DNA of 64,000 nt, taken from Octopus vulgaris. Taxonomy: Eukaryota. Below are positions 39,760-53,759 of the stretch, piece by piece. The stretch is from assembly GCA_951406725.2 (NCBI GenBank), contig OX597815.1:61938001-62002000 (forward strand). Reading direction: 5' to 3'. The notes beneath the pieces were generated by a model, which did no database searches, was not told where the DNA came from, and saw only the letters and a list, made by a program, of their open reading frames with translations. Within the stretch, counting starts at the first letter, position 1. Every line of letters begins with the position of its first letter. The translations under genes and the position numbers were made by a program.

Positions 39760-40275
39760 TTATGTACGATTTAAAACAATGATTTCTAATTTAGCAGGGT
39801 TTTAGGAAAAGAAGTTTAGTCGATATCATCGATTGCAGTACTAGAATTTATTTTATGAACTTGGAGGTATGAAAGGCTTAGTTGATTTCGGCCAGATTTG
39901 AACGTAAAAATCCAGAACGAATACCACAAGGTGGAAAACGTAACTATGAACACACTTATAATTTGTATCAGAAACGGCTGTAAGTCTGAGATGCACAATA
40001 AAAGAAATATGTAAAGCCCATTATTTATAGCTTCCCTTGTATATCATTCTGTGAAAAGGACCAGTTTAACTGGGAAATGCAACCTGAATTTACTGATGAT
40101 GGACTTCCACCTCATATCTTGCCTTAGGATTATCTGGTGTTCAATACTGTCTAAAAACCTTTTGTTGGCCTGATATATTTGTAATAACAGAGAAATTGAG
40201 AAGTACTTTTCTCAGATTGATAATCCATCATTAATAACTACACACACACACGCAAACACACACACACACAGAGAA

Positions 40276-40434
40276 GAGGAGTGGGTGTGTGGTATGTAGC
40301 TTACTTACCAACCACATGGTTCCGGGTTCAGTCCCACTGCGTGGCACCTTATGCACGTGTCTTCTACTGTAGCCTCGGGCCGACCAAAGCCTTGTGAGTG
40401 GATTTGGTAGACGGAAACTGAAAGAAACCCATCG

Positions 40435-40498
<64 letters not shown>

Positions 40499-40745
40499 CG
40501 TCTGTGCTTGTCCTCCCACCATCTCTTGACAACCGATGCTGGTGTGTTTATGTCCCCGTAACTTAGCGGTTCGGCAAAAAGGAACGATAGAATAAGTACT
40601 AAGCTTACAAAGAATAAGTCCTCGGGTCGATTTGTTCGCCTAGTCTGTCCACCTAGCAGCGGAATGGCATGAAGAATAAAACAATGCGAAGCATATTGTG
40701 ACCAGCGATGTATAATAACATCCGATAGTGTGTCAATGCCGTGAT
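40276..40745 (+). mobile_element. SINE family A body joined to a family C 3' tail
   Basis: Family A sequence runs to ...gggtcgatttgttcg (about 40637), then taaaacaatgcgaagcatattgtgaccagcgat matches 3848-3880. Confidence 0.8.
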
Positions 40746-40830
40746 ATATATATATATATAAAGATATATATACAAGAAATATAAATATTATTGAAAATAA
40801 TATTAGTATCCAGCAAGAATAAAGCACCAT

Positions 40831-41075
40831 ACGAAGTACGATCATTGCTAAAAGTAGCAGCCTGTAAGCTATCGGTGTATATGTAGAGCTTCACTGAATG
40901 TTTACAGACAGAGATGTTTGCGGGCAGTAAATATAGGAAATTTTCGTCTTACCTCTACGGAGGCCGTTTGAAGAATGAAGGTTAATTTAATCCTACAGTA
41001 TTGAATTATCCTTCATTCCTCTACATAGCACCGATAGCTTACCGGGTGCTATTTCTAGCAATGATCGTACTTCGT
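40831..41075. repeat. Fold-back element with about 57-bp arms and 130-nt spacer, in (TA)n
   Basis: acgaagtacgatcattgcta...gtaagctatcggtg..atgtagag versus its reverse complement at 41019-41075. Confidence 0.88.
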
Positions 41076-41108
41076 GTACATCCACTTTGTATGTATATAA
41101 TATATATA

Positions 41109-42359
41109 TCAGGTCATTAAGAATAAGATGTCTGATCTTGAACTGAAAGTTTATTTTACTTTATCTCAACAAAAAGCATATCAACACAATCTTGCCATTT
41201 TATCAGTAACTTATTTATGCCCCCAGCGAAGAATTCTGGAGAGCAAGAGCTGATGAAATCACGAAAGGCTGTTTTTGCATTTTCTTCAGATTTGAAGTTT
41301 TTTCCTTGCAAAATGTTGTATAATGCCTGAGAAACGGGATAGTTAGTTGGTGCAAGGTCTGGTGAATACGGTGGATGACAGAGTACTTCCAAATTTAGTT
41401 CCTGTAACTTGAGTAGCATTCTTTGTGCAACATGTAGTCGCGCATTGTCTTCACAAGTGAATTGGCCTGTCTCTATTAACCAATCTCGGTCGTTTAATTG
41501 TAAGTTCCCTCATCATTTCATCCAACTGGTTGATGTATACATTCGCTGTAATTAACTTACCAGGTCTCATGAAGCTGTTGTGGATGACACCAGCGCTGGA
41601 TCACCAACCAGACATCATTAGCTTTTATTTTTTCGTGAATAATCTTTTTTGGGATTGTGTTTTGGTGGTTCATGTCTATCCAACCACCGTGCAGAACGCT
41701 TGCTATTATTGACAAGAATGGATTTTTCATCACACGTAACTACACGATACAAAAATGGTTCGCTTTTATACCATAATAGCAAAGAACTGCAAGTTTCAAG
41801 ATAACGTGTCATTCAATGCTCGTTCAGTTCGTGTGGTACCCGCTTGTCCAGCTTCTTTACCTTGCTAATTTGTCCCAGATGGCCCAATACAGTTGGAATC
41901 GAAAAATCAAATCTTGCTGCTAACTCACGTGATGTTTGAGATGTATCCGCTTCCACTACGGTTTCCTGCTCGTCATTATCCACCGTAGTCTCAGGTCTAC
42001 CCCTGGGTTGATTTTCAAGAGTAATGTCACTAGACCGGAACTTCTCAAACCATCAACCTACCGTACACTCATTCGCCACATCTTCACCAAACACTTCATT
42101 GATGTTTCGAGTTGGTCTGGGAAGCATTGGTTCCACGACGAAACTCATATTCATAAACAACACAAAGTTTTTATCTATTCATGAGTTCACAAAAATTGTT
42201 TTACAAGGGAAAACTCAACAATATAATCAGACACTATGAATTGCATTTCTAAAAGTGATGATGTAACTCTTCAAAGATTCGCCAGGATAAAACATCAGAG
42301 TAAACGATTGTCAAACTTGGTACATAAGAGAATTGGACATTTCATTCTTAATTACCTGA
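41109..42359 (-). mobile_element. Mariner transposon, full length, decayed transposase
   Basis: TIRs tcaggt(c/a)attaagaat..atgtc with TA flanks; RVPHEL; VTCDEK; HPPYSPDLAPTNY. Confidence 0.93.
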
Positions 42360-42361
42360 TA

Positions 42362-43620
42362 TTAGGTTGTCCGGAAAGTTCTGAGCGTATTTTAATATTC
42401 ACAAAGGGATATCAAGAATTGATCGTTTCTATAAATTTTATTTAATGAAATAATTTTCATTATTATTACCTACCAGGCAATTTAGATATTCCGTCAGCAT
42501 AAAATTTGACTGGTTTTGAAGAAAAAAAGTTATCTAGATGCATTTTGACTCCATCTAAATCGTTAAATGTTTTCCCTTGGAATGAGTTCTGTAGAGACAA
42601 AAACAAGTGATAGTCGGATGGCGCAATATCAGAATATGGTCGATGGGGTAATATATCCCAGCCAAGTTCATATAACTTTGTTCGGGTAGCCAAAGACACA
42701 TGCGGTCGGGTATTGTCATATTGGAACACTACCCCTTTCCTGTTGGCTGCCTCCGGCCTCAATTCTTTGATTTTTTGGTTCAAATTAGCTAGCTGACGAC
42801 AGTACACATCAAAATTAATGGTCTGGTTTTATGGGAGAAGTTCATAATAGATAATGTCTTTATGATCCCACCAAATACAAAGCATAGCCTTTCAGGCATG
42901 GATATTCGTCCTTGGTTGCTGTTTTGGAGGATCCTTACGCAAATTCCAGGATCTTTTCCATACTATGTTTTCTTATACAATCGAATTTTTATCTCCAGTC
43001 AGAAGTTGTTTCAAAAAAGGCATGTTTTCATTCTGTTTCAAAAGCATATCACAAACGGAATACCGGCCCAAGCAGTTCTTTCCTGAGAGTTTGTGAGGGA
43101 CCCATACATTATAGCGAGAAATGTATTTTAGCTTCACTAGGTGTTCATGAGCCGTACTTTTAGAAACTTCCAATTCCTCTGCAAGTTCTCTAGTCGTGAT
43201 ATTTGAGTTTTCTTCGATTTTTGCCTTCAAAACATCTTCATCCAATTTCGAAGGTCTTCCACTGCGACTGTCAGCTTCCAAGCTAAACTCTCCAGTTTTA
43301 AATTTTGCAAACCACCTACGAATAGTTGATTCACCATAAACTTCACAAATGATTTTGCGAGTCTTGGCTGCATTTTCAGGGTTTTTTTAAAAAATGAAAA
43401 ACATTACAACGCGAATATAAATTTTTTGGTTATCCGTTTCAAATGTCAATAAAAGGTAACCAGACTGAAAGATAAAATCGATTTTTATTCAGGAACAAAG
43501 AAGAGATGTTCTACTATTTCAAGCAACACCAAAGTTGTAACTGTCTTACGTTTCAAGTGTGTTCAATGAAGCGCTAAAACGTTTAGCTTAAAAACGCCCA
43601 GAGCTTCCCGGACAAGCTAA
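42362..43620 (-). mobile_element. Second mariner of a different family, full length, decayed
   Basis: TIRs ttaggttgtccggaaagttctg / cagagcttcccggacaagctaa; RSGRP; WVPHKL; LTGD; YDNTRPH; PYSDIAPSDYHLF. Confidence 0.93.
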
Positions 43621-43656
43621 TACACACACACACACACATACACAGACATACGCATG

Positions 43657-43692
<36 letters not shown>

Positions 43693-43817
43693 CATAGATA
43701 TATATGTTTATATATGTATATACACATATACCTACATATTATTTTATATATTATATGTTTGTATATGTGTACGTGTAAAATATAATATATATGTATGAAA
43801 GCATGCATGTGTATGTG

Positions 43818-43876
<59 letters not shown>

Positions 43877-43895
43877 TACATATATACATATATAC

Positions 43896-43942
<47 letters not shown>

Positions 43943-43997
43943 GTATATATATACATATATATATATATATGAATATATATATATACATGTACATATA

Positions 43998-44034
<37 letters not shown>

Positions 44035-44126
44035 GAATATATATATATACATGTACATATATATATGTATATATATATACATATATATATCATATCTACA
44101 CATCCACATATGGGTGTGTATGCGTA

Positions 44127-44201
<75 letters not shown>

Positions 44202-44502
44202 AAATATAATTCTCTCTGACCCACGTGTAAGGGAATCAGCTAGGGTGAGGTAAGGGAGAAATGAGAGATAAGAGAGAAAACTGATTCACCTACTGCCAAA
44301 GTCACTGTCGTCAACCACAACCTTCATTGACAGTGGAAGCGCATCTCTTACTGCTTCTCTTCCGATACTTTACCCTCTCCCCTCTCACCACAACCAGCGT
44401 CATCACCGCCATCAGCACATCCTCTATTTTTCACCAAGCAAATATAGCGCTAAGAATGATGGCATGCCACCTTTCTCGATATCAACTCCGACATCACTCT
44501 TA

Positions 44503-44700
44503 TCATACCATCGTGTGGTAATTGGTGCACTTGGCACAACATCGAAATTGCTACCTAAAGGCCCTGGCGGATATCGGAAATGGGACTCGAATTGTCATGT
44601 CAACATGCAGGAAAATGAAATCCTGTATTTTTGCAGAAATCTTAGGAAAGATTCTTGGAAGTTAGAGGCTTGTCACCAAGCCTCAAGATAACAACCTGGT
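44503..44700 (+). mobile_element. R4/Dong-like extreme 3' end followed by (TAC)n
   Basis: VVIGALGTT...; the tail gcttgtcaccaagcctcaagataac matches acttgtcactaaacctcaggataat at about 61100. Confidence 0.65.
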
Positions 44701-44711
44701 AGCATGTACTG

Positions 44712-44786
<75 letters not shown>

Positions 44787-44818
44787 ATGATGATGATGAT
44801 AATAATAATAACACCACC

Positions 44819-44853
<35 letters not shown>

Positions 44854-44865
44854 TAATAATAATAA

Positions 44866-44992
<127 letters not shown>

Positions 44993-44997
44993 TATCA

Positions 44998-45195
44998 TGA
45001 TTTCAAATTATGTCACAAAGCCAGCAAGTTCAGGGAGGGATAAGTCGATTTCATAGATCCCAGTGCTTAACTAGTACTTATTTTTTTGGGGCCCCGAAAG
45101 GATGAAAGGTAAAGTCGAGCTCGGCGGACTTTGAACTCAGAACGTAAAGACGGACGAAATACATTTTGCTCGGATTGTTAACAATACTGCCAGCT
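44998..45195 (-). mobile_element. SINE family B
   Basis: ccccgaaaggatgaaaggtaaagtcga..cggcgga.tttgaactcagaacgt. Confidence 0.82.
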
Positions 45196-46435
45196 AACCA
45201 ACAGGTGTTGCAGATTTGGGCAAAGGGCGACGGGTTAGCAGGGTTTAGTCTGAGGGACGAAGTTCTTCATCACACAATTTCCTTCGCCACAAAACAAAGG
45301 AAGGCTACTCACTGTTACTCGACAAGAGACGGTGTTGACTGACCTTCACCATAGACTCGGCTGATAATCGGATTCGTTAAGCACGTCCGAAGTAAACCGA
45401 CAATCAACAATGCCCAGATATTGGAAGATCACGTACCGGACATTCTCGTTACTGTGTACGCATATCGGAGAAATTGCTGGCAGTTCCAACGCAACCATGT
45501 CTCTACAGCTTATCCAGAGTCGCTAAAGTCACTTGTAGCACGACAGTCAGACACTAAGAATACAACGGAAACCATGTAGACGTTAGCCAGTTCTGACCAA
45601 TCTTCGAGAAACAGTTTTCTGTCAGAGTATTTCTGATTGATGTTAGTTGCCCTAATCGCAGCCTTTACACAAGTTTTGTCAACCACGAGCTCTGGTTCAG
45701 ACCAGAACCTATGCTTCTTAACTGAACCTTTGACCCAGTGATACAAGTTACTGTCCCACATAGACATGTCTCACTTGGGACCGAGTTGCAACCCCAACGA
45801 CTTGTCTCGTTTAAATCGTAATCCTATCATTTTTTAATTCTTCTCCACCATGGAACCACGCATTATGACTTCTATATGTTTCAGAATGAGTGAGTATTCC
45901 CTCAACATCTCCTGTGTCTTCCTAACAATGGCTCCAGGAGGAAAACATGCAGATGAAACGAGATAGGTCATCCTTGCTTGACCATGCACGCGCAATATGA
46001 AATGGCTCAATTAGATGTGGCTGATAAATGACTAACAACCAAATGACATTGTCCTGTGTGACCACCCAGCCTCTGAGGATGGGACAAATTTCGGCTGAAA
46101 CCACTACACGTCTGCTAATGGTAGCTGAACTTAGACTGAACCATCACCATAGTTAGATCCAGGGCCAACCCTCTCTGCAGTGTTTCTCAGGAGGTGATGG
46201 TTGTCATAGAAGGATTCACATAATTTCTTGCATCTTCCCACAAAATGCAGACAACAAGCATCAAACTCTTGGTGAACACATTTGTCACAATTTAAAACCG
46301 ATATCAACACATGTAGCAGCAGCAGCAACGCGACGACGACGACAACGACAACGACGACGACAATCACCACCACCACCACCATCACCACCACCACCGCCAC
46401 CGCCACCGCCGCCGCGGCCGCCACCACTACCATCG

Positions 46436-46501
<66 letters not shown>

Positions 46502-47215
46502 GGGACATCATGATCATCAATGGCATAATAATTGTGATGAAATCATCACCCCATGTCGTCATTGTCATTGTCGTCGTCGCTGCCATTGTTGCCGTAACCA
46601 TTGTCGTCATTGGCATCATCATCATCATCGTCAGCATTATCATTATTTCTTACGGTAGACGACACTCGAGAGGTGAGGGTGGCGGGACGAACGCCCGCAG
46701 TGATAAAGCGAGCAGAAGCTACAGACATGCAGACAGACAGACAAACAGACTGTGGAACAGACAGACAGGGAGGGAAAGAAAGAGGAAAAGAAAGAAAAGT
46801 AAAGAGAAGGAGGAATGGAAAGAAGGAAGAAGGGGAAACAAGGTGACATGGCGAGATAAAAGCAGCGTCTCTACTTCTCCTCATACCACCTCTCCCACCT
46901 CAATCTCTTCCCCCTCCTCACCTTGTCTACGTGGTGTGTCTTCTTAATTAATGTGAGACTCGCCAGATGTCTGCTGCGTAGCGATTGGTGGAGCTGCTAT
47001 GAATATGTGTACATACATGCATACATACATACATACATACATACATACATACATACATACATACATACACACACATACATACATACGGATATATATGTAT
47101 ATATAAGCATACACACACATTTACATATATGCACATACCTACATACTCACGCACACACACGCACAAACATATATAAAAACGTATGTATACACGTACATCA
47201 GTATAACATGTTCAT

Positions 47216-47246
<31 letters not shown>

Positions 47247-47404
47247 CATGGCCACATGTGCGTGTGTGTGTGTTTGTGTACGTATGTGTGTGTCCATTAG
47301 ACTGTGTTTGTATCCGTATGTAAGTAAATATACAAACATACGCTTGCACATACGTACTCGCACGCACACACAAACTTACTCAGGCACAGACAGATACACA
47401 CACT

Positions 47405-47450
<46 letters not shown>

Positions 47451-47721
47451 AACAAACGCACATGCAGAGACACACAGAATATACATATAAATGTATGTCT
47501 TTATTATTATGTGAGTATGTACTTGTGCGTACATACATCAGCAGATGCTTTTGTGCATATATTTGCATACGCGTATGAATATAATGAATATATTTGCATA
47601 TAGAAATGCAATTTATGGATGTATAGAATATATTCATATAGATATTTATCATGCGAGTATATATAGATTTCCGGATGTATGTATATTTGTGTGTATGTGC
47701 GTGTGTTGTGCGTGTGTGTCT

Positions 47722-47757
<36 letters not shown>

Positions 47758-47919
47758 GTTAAAAATATATGTTCGTGCTGGTGATTGATTATATATATAT
47801 ATATATATATACACACACATATATATATATACATATATACATATATGTATACACGCATATATATATACACTCACACTTACATATATACATACAAACTTGC
47901 TTCTATAATATATATACAT

Positions 47920-47959
<40 letters not shown>

Positions 47960-48814
47960 GTCTATATATATGGACGAGTATTTCGTTGACACTTATTACC
48001 ATCTGATTCATATCATTTATATTTCTCTATTTCTCCCGCTCCCTCTCTATGTATGTATGTATGTATGTATGTATGTATGTATGTATGTATGTATGTATGT
48101 ATGCATGTATGTATGTGTATGTATGTATGTATGAACGTACGTACGTAAGTATGCATACACACACACATATACGTATATACATATATGCTCACCTATTTCT
48201 GCATTATATAATAAATTATTCAGTAAAACCTCTCCACTGTATTTTGTAATAAAATAAAAATAATACAAAGGAAAACAAAGAAAAAAGAAATGCAATTTTT
48301 AGTAGACGGACATCGTAAATTTTGGTTTCAGTTACAATTCGTGGATTTGAAGGAAAATAGAGATATACGATCCTGTAGAAGATGACAGCAACTTCGAAGT
48401 GTAACTCTGAGGAGTTTGAGTACTTCGAAGAATGTTTCCTGCAAATAGATGTCATTGAATAGGCTCCGGGCTGTGAAGAAACTACTTTTAGACGTGTATT
48501 GTGATGGTTATCTGAATGTCGAAGGAAAGCAGTCATATTATTTAACCCTTAACACTATTCGTTTTTATTTCTGACGTTAGTCTCCTTCTGCGGTATTCTC
48601 TTCCGTTTCCATCTGCAGAAGTTCATCTCCTAAACTGTTATGCACTAAATATTGGGCAAATCCACTTTGGCCTTGGTCTCTCTCTCTCTCTCTCTCTCTC
48701 TCTAATTCTCTCACTCCCTCTTCTTTACTCCTCTCTCTCTTTCCCTTTGCACCTCTATCTCCCTCCCTTCCTTCTGTGAGAAAAGGGTCAAAAAATTTCT
48801 CGCAAAAATCTAAA

Positions 48815-48958
48815 ATTGGTTTCAAAATTTGGCACAAAGCTAGAAATGTCTAGGGGATAGGACAAGTCGATTACATTATCCTTAGTGCTTTGCTGCTGCT
48901 TATCTTATCGACTCTGAAACAATGAAAGACAAAATTGACCTCGGTAGAATTTGAGCTC
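48815..48958 (-). mobile_element. SINE family B fragment
   Basis: ttcaaaatttggcacaa...aagtcgattacat...tgacctcgg.agaatttga. Confidence 0.7.
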
Positions 48959-49344
48959 CTTTGTTCTAGTTGTGTGTGTGTGTGTGCGTGTGTGTGTGTT
49001 TCTGTGTAAAATTATAAGACTCAATAACTTATAGCGAATAGAATTTCTTTAAGCGAAACTATTACTATTAATCTTAATGCAAAAGGAATTAGGTTTTGTG
49101 TGCAATGTGTACCACTCGCATTGTGACCAGCGATGTGTAACACCATCGGGTAGCCTGGTCGGTCACGTGATCACGTGATGTATCACTACAATCTCTCTAT
49201 TGCAACCCCCGCTCTTTTTCACGGTCTCTGTCTGAGTCTCCCCCCCCCCCGCGCGCACATACATAAACATACACAAACGCACAAACACACACACGTATTG
49301 AAATATTGAACATCTTTTGTTTCACGAGTTTAGGAAAATCCTGC

Positions 49345-49405
49345 TTCGCTGAGGAGGTCTAATAAGCACTTGTTTTGGTCTAATAAGACTAAAACATGTC
49401 CTTTG
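49345..49405 (+). ncRNA. Degenerate hammerhead
   Basis: CTGAGGA-ggtct...agact-AAAAC-at-GTC. G12 is lost and stem I is poor. Confidence 0.4.
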
Positions 49406-49563
49406 CTTTCATTACATGACTTTAAAGCTCAGACACACAATGGTAAATCTGATTTTGAAACCAACAAGTCCTATTTCTTTTAGTTCTATTTATATATCAT
49501 CAAAAGTAGGTAAGCATTTATATATGCATGAATATATGTGCATGTATATATGCACGTACACAC

Positions 49564-49616
<53 letters not shown>

Positions 49617-50010
49617 CAAACAATCTGAATAAAAAGACAGAGAAAGATTTTAACACATCTTTTATGATCAGTTACAATTGTTTCGTACCAACTCTGCTTT
49701 CAACGCCAGTTCATGCAAAAGTTCCAAATGAAAAGTGATGTAAAGTGCACCTTTGTTGCGGGTTTAAAGAAGTGCCACCCTAATGTTTAAAATCGCAAAT
49801 ATTACATAAACTTTCGCTTGGAAAAGTCTCATTTTGGATATATTTTGTTCTTCGCTAAACGGACATAAGAGTTTTATAGTTGTGAAACATGGATTTTCTG
49901 CTCCTGAGAAAATCTGATATTAGTCACGAGGAATCCAACAGTATCGATAACCGAAAGCCCGGGTTGAACGATGTTACAAGTAAATAACCTATTATTCTAC
50001 CTTCCCACAA

Positions 50011-50047
<37 letters not shown>

Positions 50048-50051
50048 GAAT

Positions 50052-50413
50052 AGGCGCAGGAGTGGCTGTGTGGTAAGTAGCTTACTTACCAACCACATGG
50101 TTCCGGGTTCAGTCCCACTGCGTGGCACTTTGGGAACGTGTCTTCTACTATAGCCTCGGGTCGGCCAAAGCCTTGTGAGTGGATTTGGTTGACGGAAACT
50201 GAAAGAATCCCGTCGTATATATGTATACGTATATGTTGTGTGTGTGTTTGTGTGTCTGTGTTTGTTCCCCCAACATCGCTTGACAACCGATACTGGTTCG
50301 GCAAAAGAGACCGATAGAATAAGTACAAAGAATAAGTCCTGGGGTCGATTTGCTCGGCTAAAGGCGGTGCTCTAGCATGGCTGCCGTCAAATGATTGAAA
50401 CAAGTAAAGAGTA
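50052..50413 (+). mobile_element. SINE family A, near full length
   Basis: aggcgcaggagtggctgtgtggtaagtagc...ccgggttcagtcccactgcgtggcac...tgattgaaacaagtaaagag. Confidence 0.9.
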
Positions 50414-50414
50414 A

Positions 50415-50920
50415 TGTAACTACATGTGGATCGCTGGCGATTTCCCCCCATCCCCGTCTTTCTGTTAATGGATGGTTGAATGACAAAATCCAAGCTTCTC
50501 TGGTAGTTCCTCAACAGTTACGATGAGATTTTATTCCACCAGGGTTTGCAGGATGTCCTCGTCGAGCTCTACAAATCTACCAGGAAGAAGCTCCTTTTCG
50601 AGGCTGTAGTTTCTGGCTGGGAATTTCTGGAACCACCATAGACGTTTATTGTCTAATCCCCATATACTGCATTAATATTCCTCGCACTTTCCATTGCGTC
50701 ATTGCCTTCATTGAACTCATAAAGCAAAACTTCCATTATAGTTTTGAAAAAATAACTGTTAAAATCGAACTGCACTCTTCAAAACTTGCACTAAGGATTA
50801 AGACAAGTTAAAATCATTACCCGCTTTTATAGCAAGTTGATGCAAATAGTTTATCCTTTCCCCCTTCGACTTTTAGTTCATGCAATTGAAAAAACTGCAT
50901 TATTTATGGGATGACCCGAT
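50415..50920 (-). mobile_element. Mariner 5' fragment with one TIR
   Basis: Terminus tatcgggtcatcccataaataatgca; HTH remnant DEDILQTLVE..IVTVEELPEKLGFCHST. Confidence 0.7.
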
Positions 50921-50934
50921 ACACACACGCACAC

Positions 50935-51000
<66 letters not shown>

Positions 51001-51023
51001 ACACGCGCGCACGCACACACTCA

Positions 51024-51690
51024 CACAGAGGATGTGGTGAATATATCGTCGTCTAAATTACGCAAAAATGAAAATAACATTGACATCTCATTTTACTAAA
51101 ATAACATTAAAATATCTTGAAATACTAAAGAATAAATTTATTCAATAAATTCGCCATTGGCTTCAGCCACGGCTTCCAGACAACTTCGGTATCTCCCGCA
51201 ACTCTCTGGACGGTCTCCTTGTTTAAGTTGGTGAATGCTGCCATAATCCTTGCCTTCAATTAATCTTTGGTGTTACAAGGAGTTTTGTTGGTCTCTCACT
51301 CAACTGCGCCCTACGCATAATAATGAAGGGGTTGCAGTCTGGAGAATTAGGTGACCAGATGTTAGGGGTGATGTGGTCGCAGAAATTGTCTGACAGCCAT
51401 GACTGGGTTCTCTTGCTTGTGTGGTATGGTGCAGAGTTCCGTTGCCAGACATAGGGTCTTCCAGCAGCCACCCTTCACCCAAGGAAGCACTGTCTCTTCC
51501 AGGCATTTGATATAGGCCTCCATGTTGAGTCTGAGGCTGTGTGGGAAGATGAATGGAGGTATAACGTCGCCATCACTAGTGATCACTCCAAACACCATAA
51601 TGTTGATTGGATGTTTAATTTTTATCCATCTCGGCACATGTTTTGGGGACACGGCAAGCCAACGGTTGCTCTGTGTGTTCACCATCTGTT
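51024..51690 (-). mobile_element. Tc1/mariner superfamily transposase 3' part, maT/DD37D-like
   Basis: NTQSNRWLA; IMVFGVITSDG; YVWQRNSAPYHTS; WSPNSPDCNP. Confidence 0.85.
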
Positions 51691-51879
51691 CCTACTGGGG
51701 CTTCTGGTGGTAAAGCCAAGCAGTACAGCATGTCGTTTTCAAGTTTTCAGCAGAGTGAATTGGGTGATGGTGCTGTTTTTCACACATACAGTGCCCATCT
51801 GACCCTACTATACTTTGTAGTCGACAAAACCCATATACATAAAATGGCGACAATTTACCCATCCAAACTTCTATCTATA

Positions 51880-52071
<192 letters not shown>

Positions 52072-52300
52072 CAAAATAAGAAAATGGAGAAATACATGGA
52101 AGTCAAATATCAATTACCAGATAATACTCAATCACATACTTCATTAAACCACCACATAAGAAACTATAAGGTTAAACATAATAATGTAGAACAAAACAGT
52201 GTACATGAAGGAGTGTACATAAAAGAGTAATGTTATACAATAAGTAGAATATGTATAAGAGAGTGTAAATATAAGTACATATGAATATAAATATAGACTA

Positions 52301-52428
52301 CATCTTACAGCTGTTTCGGCCATGTAGATAAGTATGTCTCATTTTACTTATATTAGCCATTTATGGTAGGTCAATATGTAGTTATAAATGAAACATTTAC
52401 AAAAATATCCTAAGGCCTCTTCGGAGAT
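52301..52428 (-). ncRNA. Type I hammerhead with one core variant (CCGAAGA)
   Basis: atct-CCGAAGA-ggcc...(about 90 nt)...ggcc-GAAAC-agct-GTA-agat. Confidence 0.7.
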
Positions 52429-52436
52429 TATGTGAT

Positions 52437-52502
<66 letters not shown>

Positions 52503-52714
52503 TGGTCGTATATTGTCAACTCAATGTGACAGTCCCGTGAGGGAATTACACCACCGCCATTTAGCCCTAGGAAACATCGACGTCTCCTGTTGGCTTTGAC
52601 ACATTTTCTGTGTTCTTATATTTGCAAAGGGGAGACAATCACCCCTGCCAGCCGGGACAAGGCACCTGAAGACATATGTTTCTTAGTGTATTGCTCATCG
52701 TCAGAAATTCAATA

Positions 52715-52811
<97 letters not shown>

Positions 52812-53073
52812 CTGTTTAATTCATAATAATTTTGAAGTTTCGAGAGAAATAACTCGTTTATAACATTTGAACTCGAAGTAGATGAAGCTATAAATAATAG
52901 AGTGTAAATAATGAATTAAAAAACTGTATGGATAGGGAAAATCGACCAAAGAGTTTTTTTTAGCCAATATTTGCAGTATATTATTTATAACTTCATCTAC
53001 TTCAAGTTCAACTGTTAAAAACAAATTATCAAATATATGTATATAAATACAAATATATATGTGTATATACCCC

Positions 53074-53124
<51 letters not shown>

Positions 53125-53446
53125 CATACACATATACATATATATATGTATGTATATAACTATACATCCGTATACATACAAAGATATACACATGTGTATA
53201 TGTATATATGTATATATATATATATATGTATATATATAAATATATATTTATTCATACACACATTCGTACATATATATAGGTGCTTATGCACATACAGACA
53301 TATTCACACACACGCAAACACATACACGCAAATGATAAGAACAACACTGATGTCGTAGCAACGAAAATTTATAATTATTTGTAGAAATTTTGAGTGAGTT
53401 AAGATTGTCTGATAGTCTTCATATGTAATTCCCACTCACTGTCGTT

Positions 53447-53478
<32 letters not shown>

Positions 53479-53711
53479 TGTATGTATGTATGTATGTATG
53501 TATGTATGTATGTATGTATGTATATATATGTACTATACATACTATGTATGATATATATATATATATTTATATATACAAGATACTTTCATATTCACATTAA
53601 TATATACATATATGCATATGTCTAATCATGTATGTATTTTTAAAGACATTTATATATGTATGTATATGTGTTTACACGTAATGATATGTCTGTATGTGTG
53701 TGTATGTGTGA

Positions 53712-53759
<48 letters not shown>

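Noticed and set aside
46131-46947. 170-221 aa low-complexity ORFs (poly-I/M/T), and similar ones at 13719-14168 and 26026-26419
   Set aside because: Trinucleotide repeat runs with no domain signal.
48538-48680. TTAA-CCCT piggyBac-like end and a short minus-strand ORF
   Set aside because: No partner TIR or transposase motif found.
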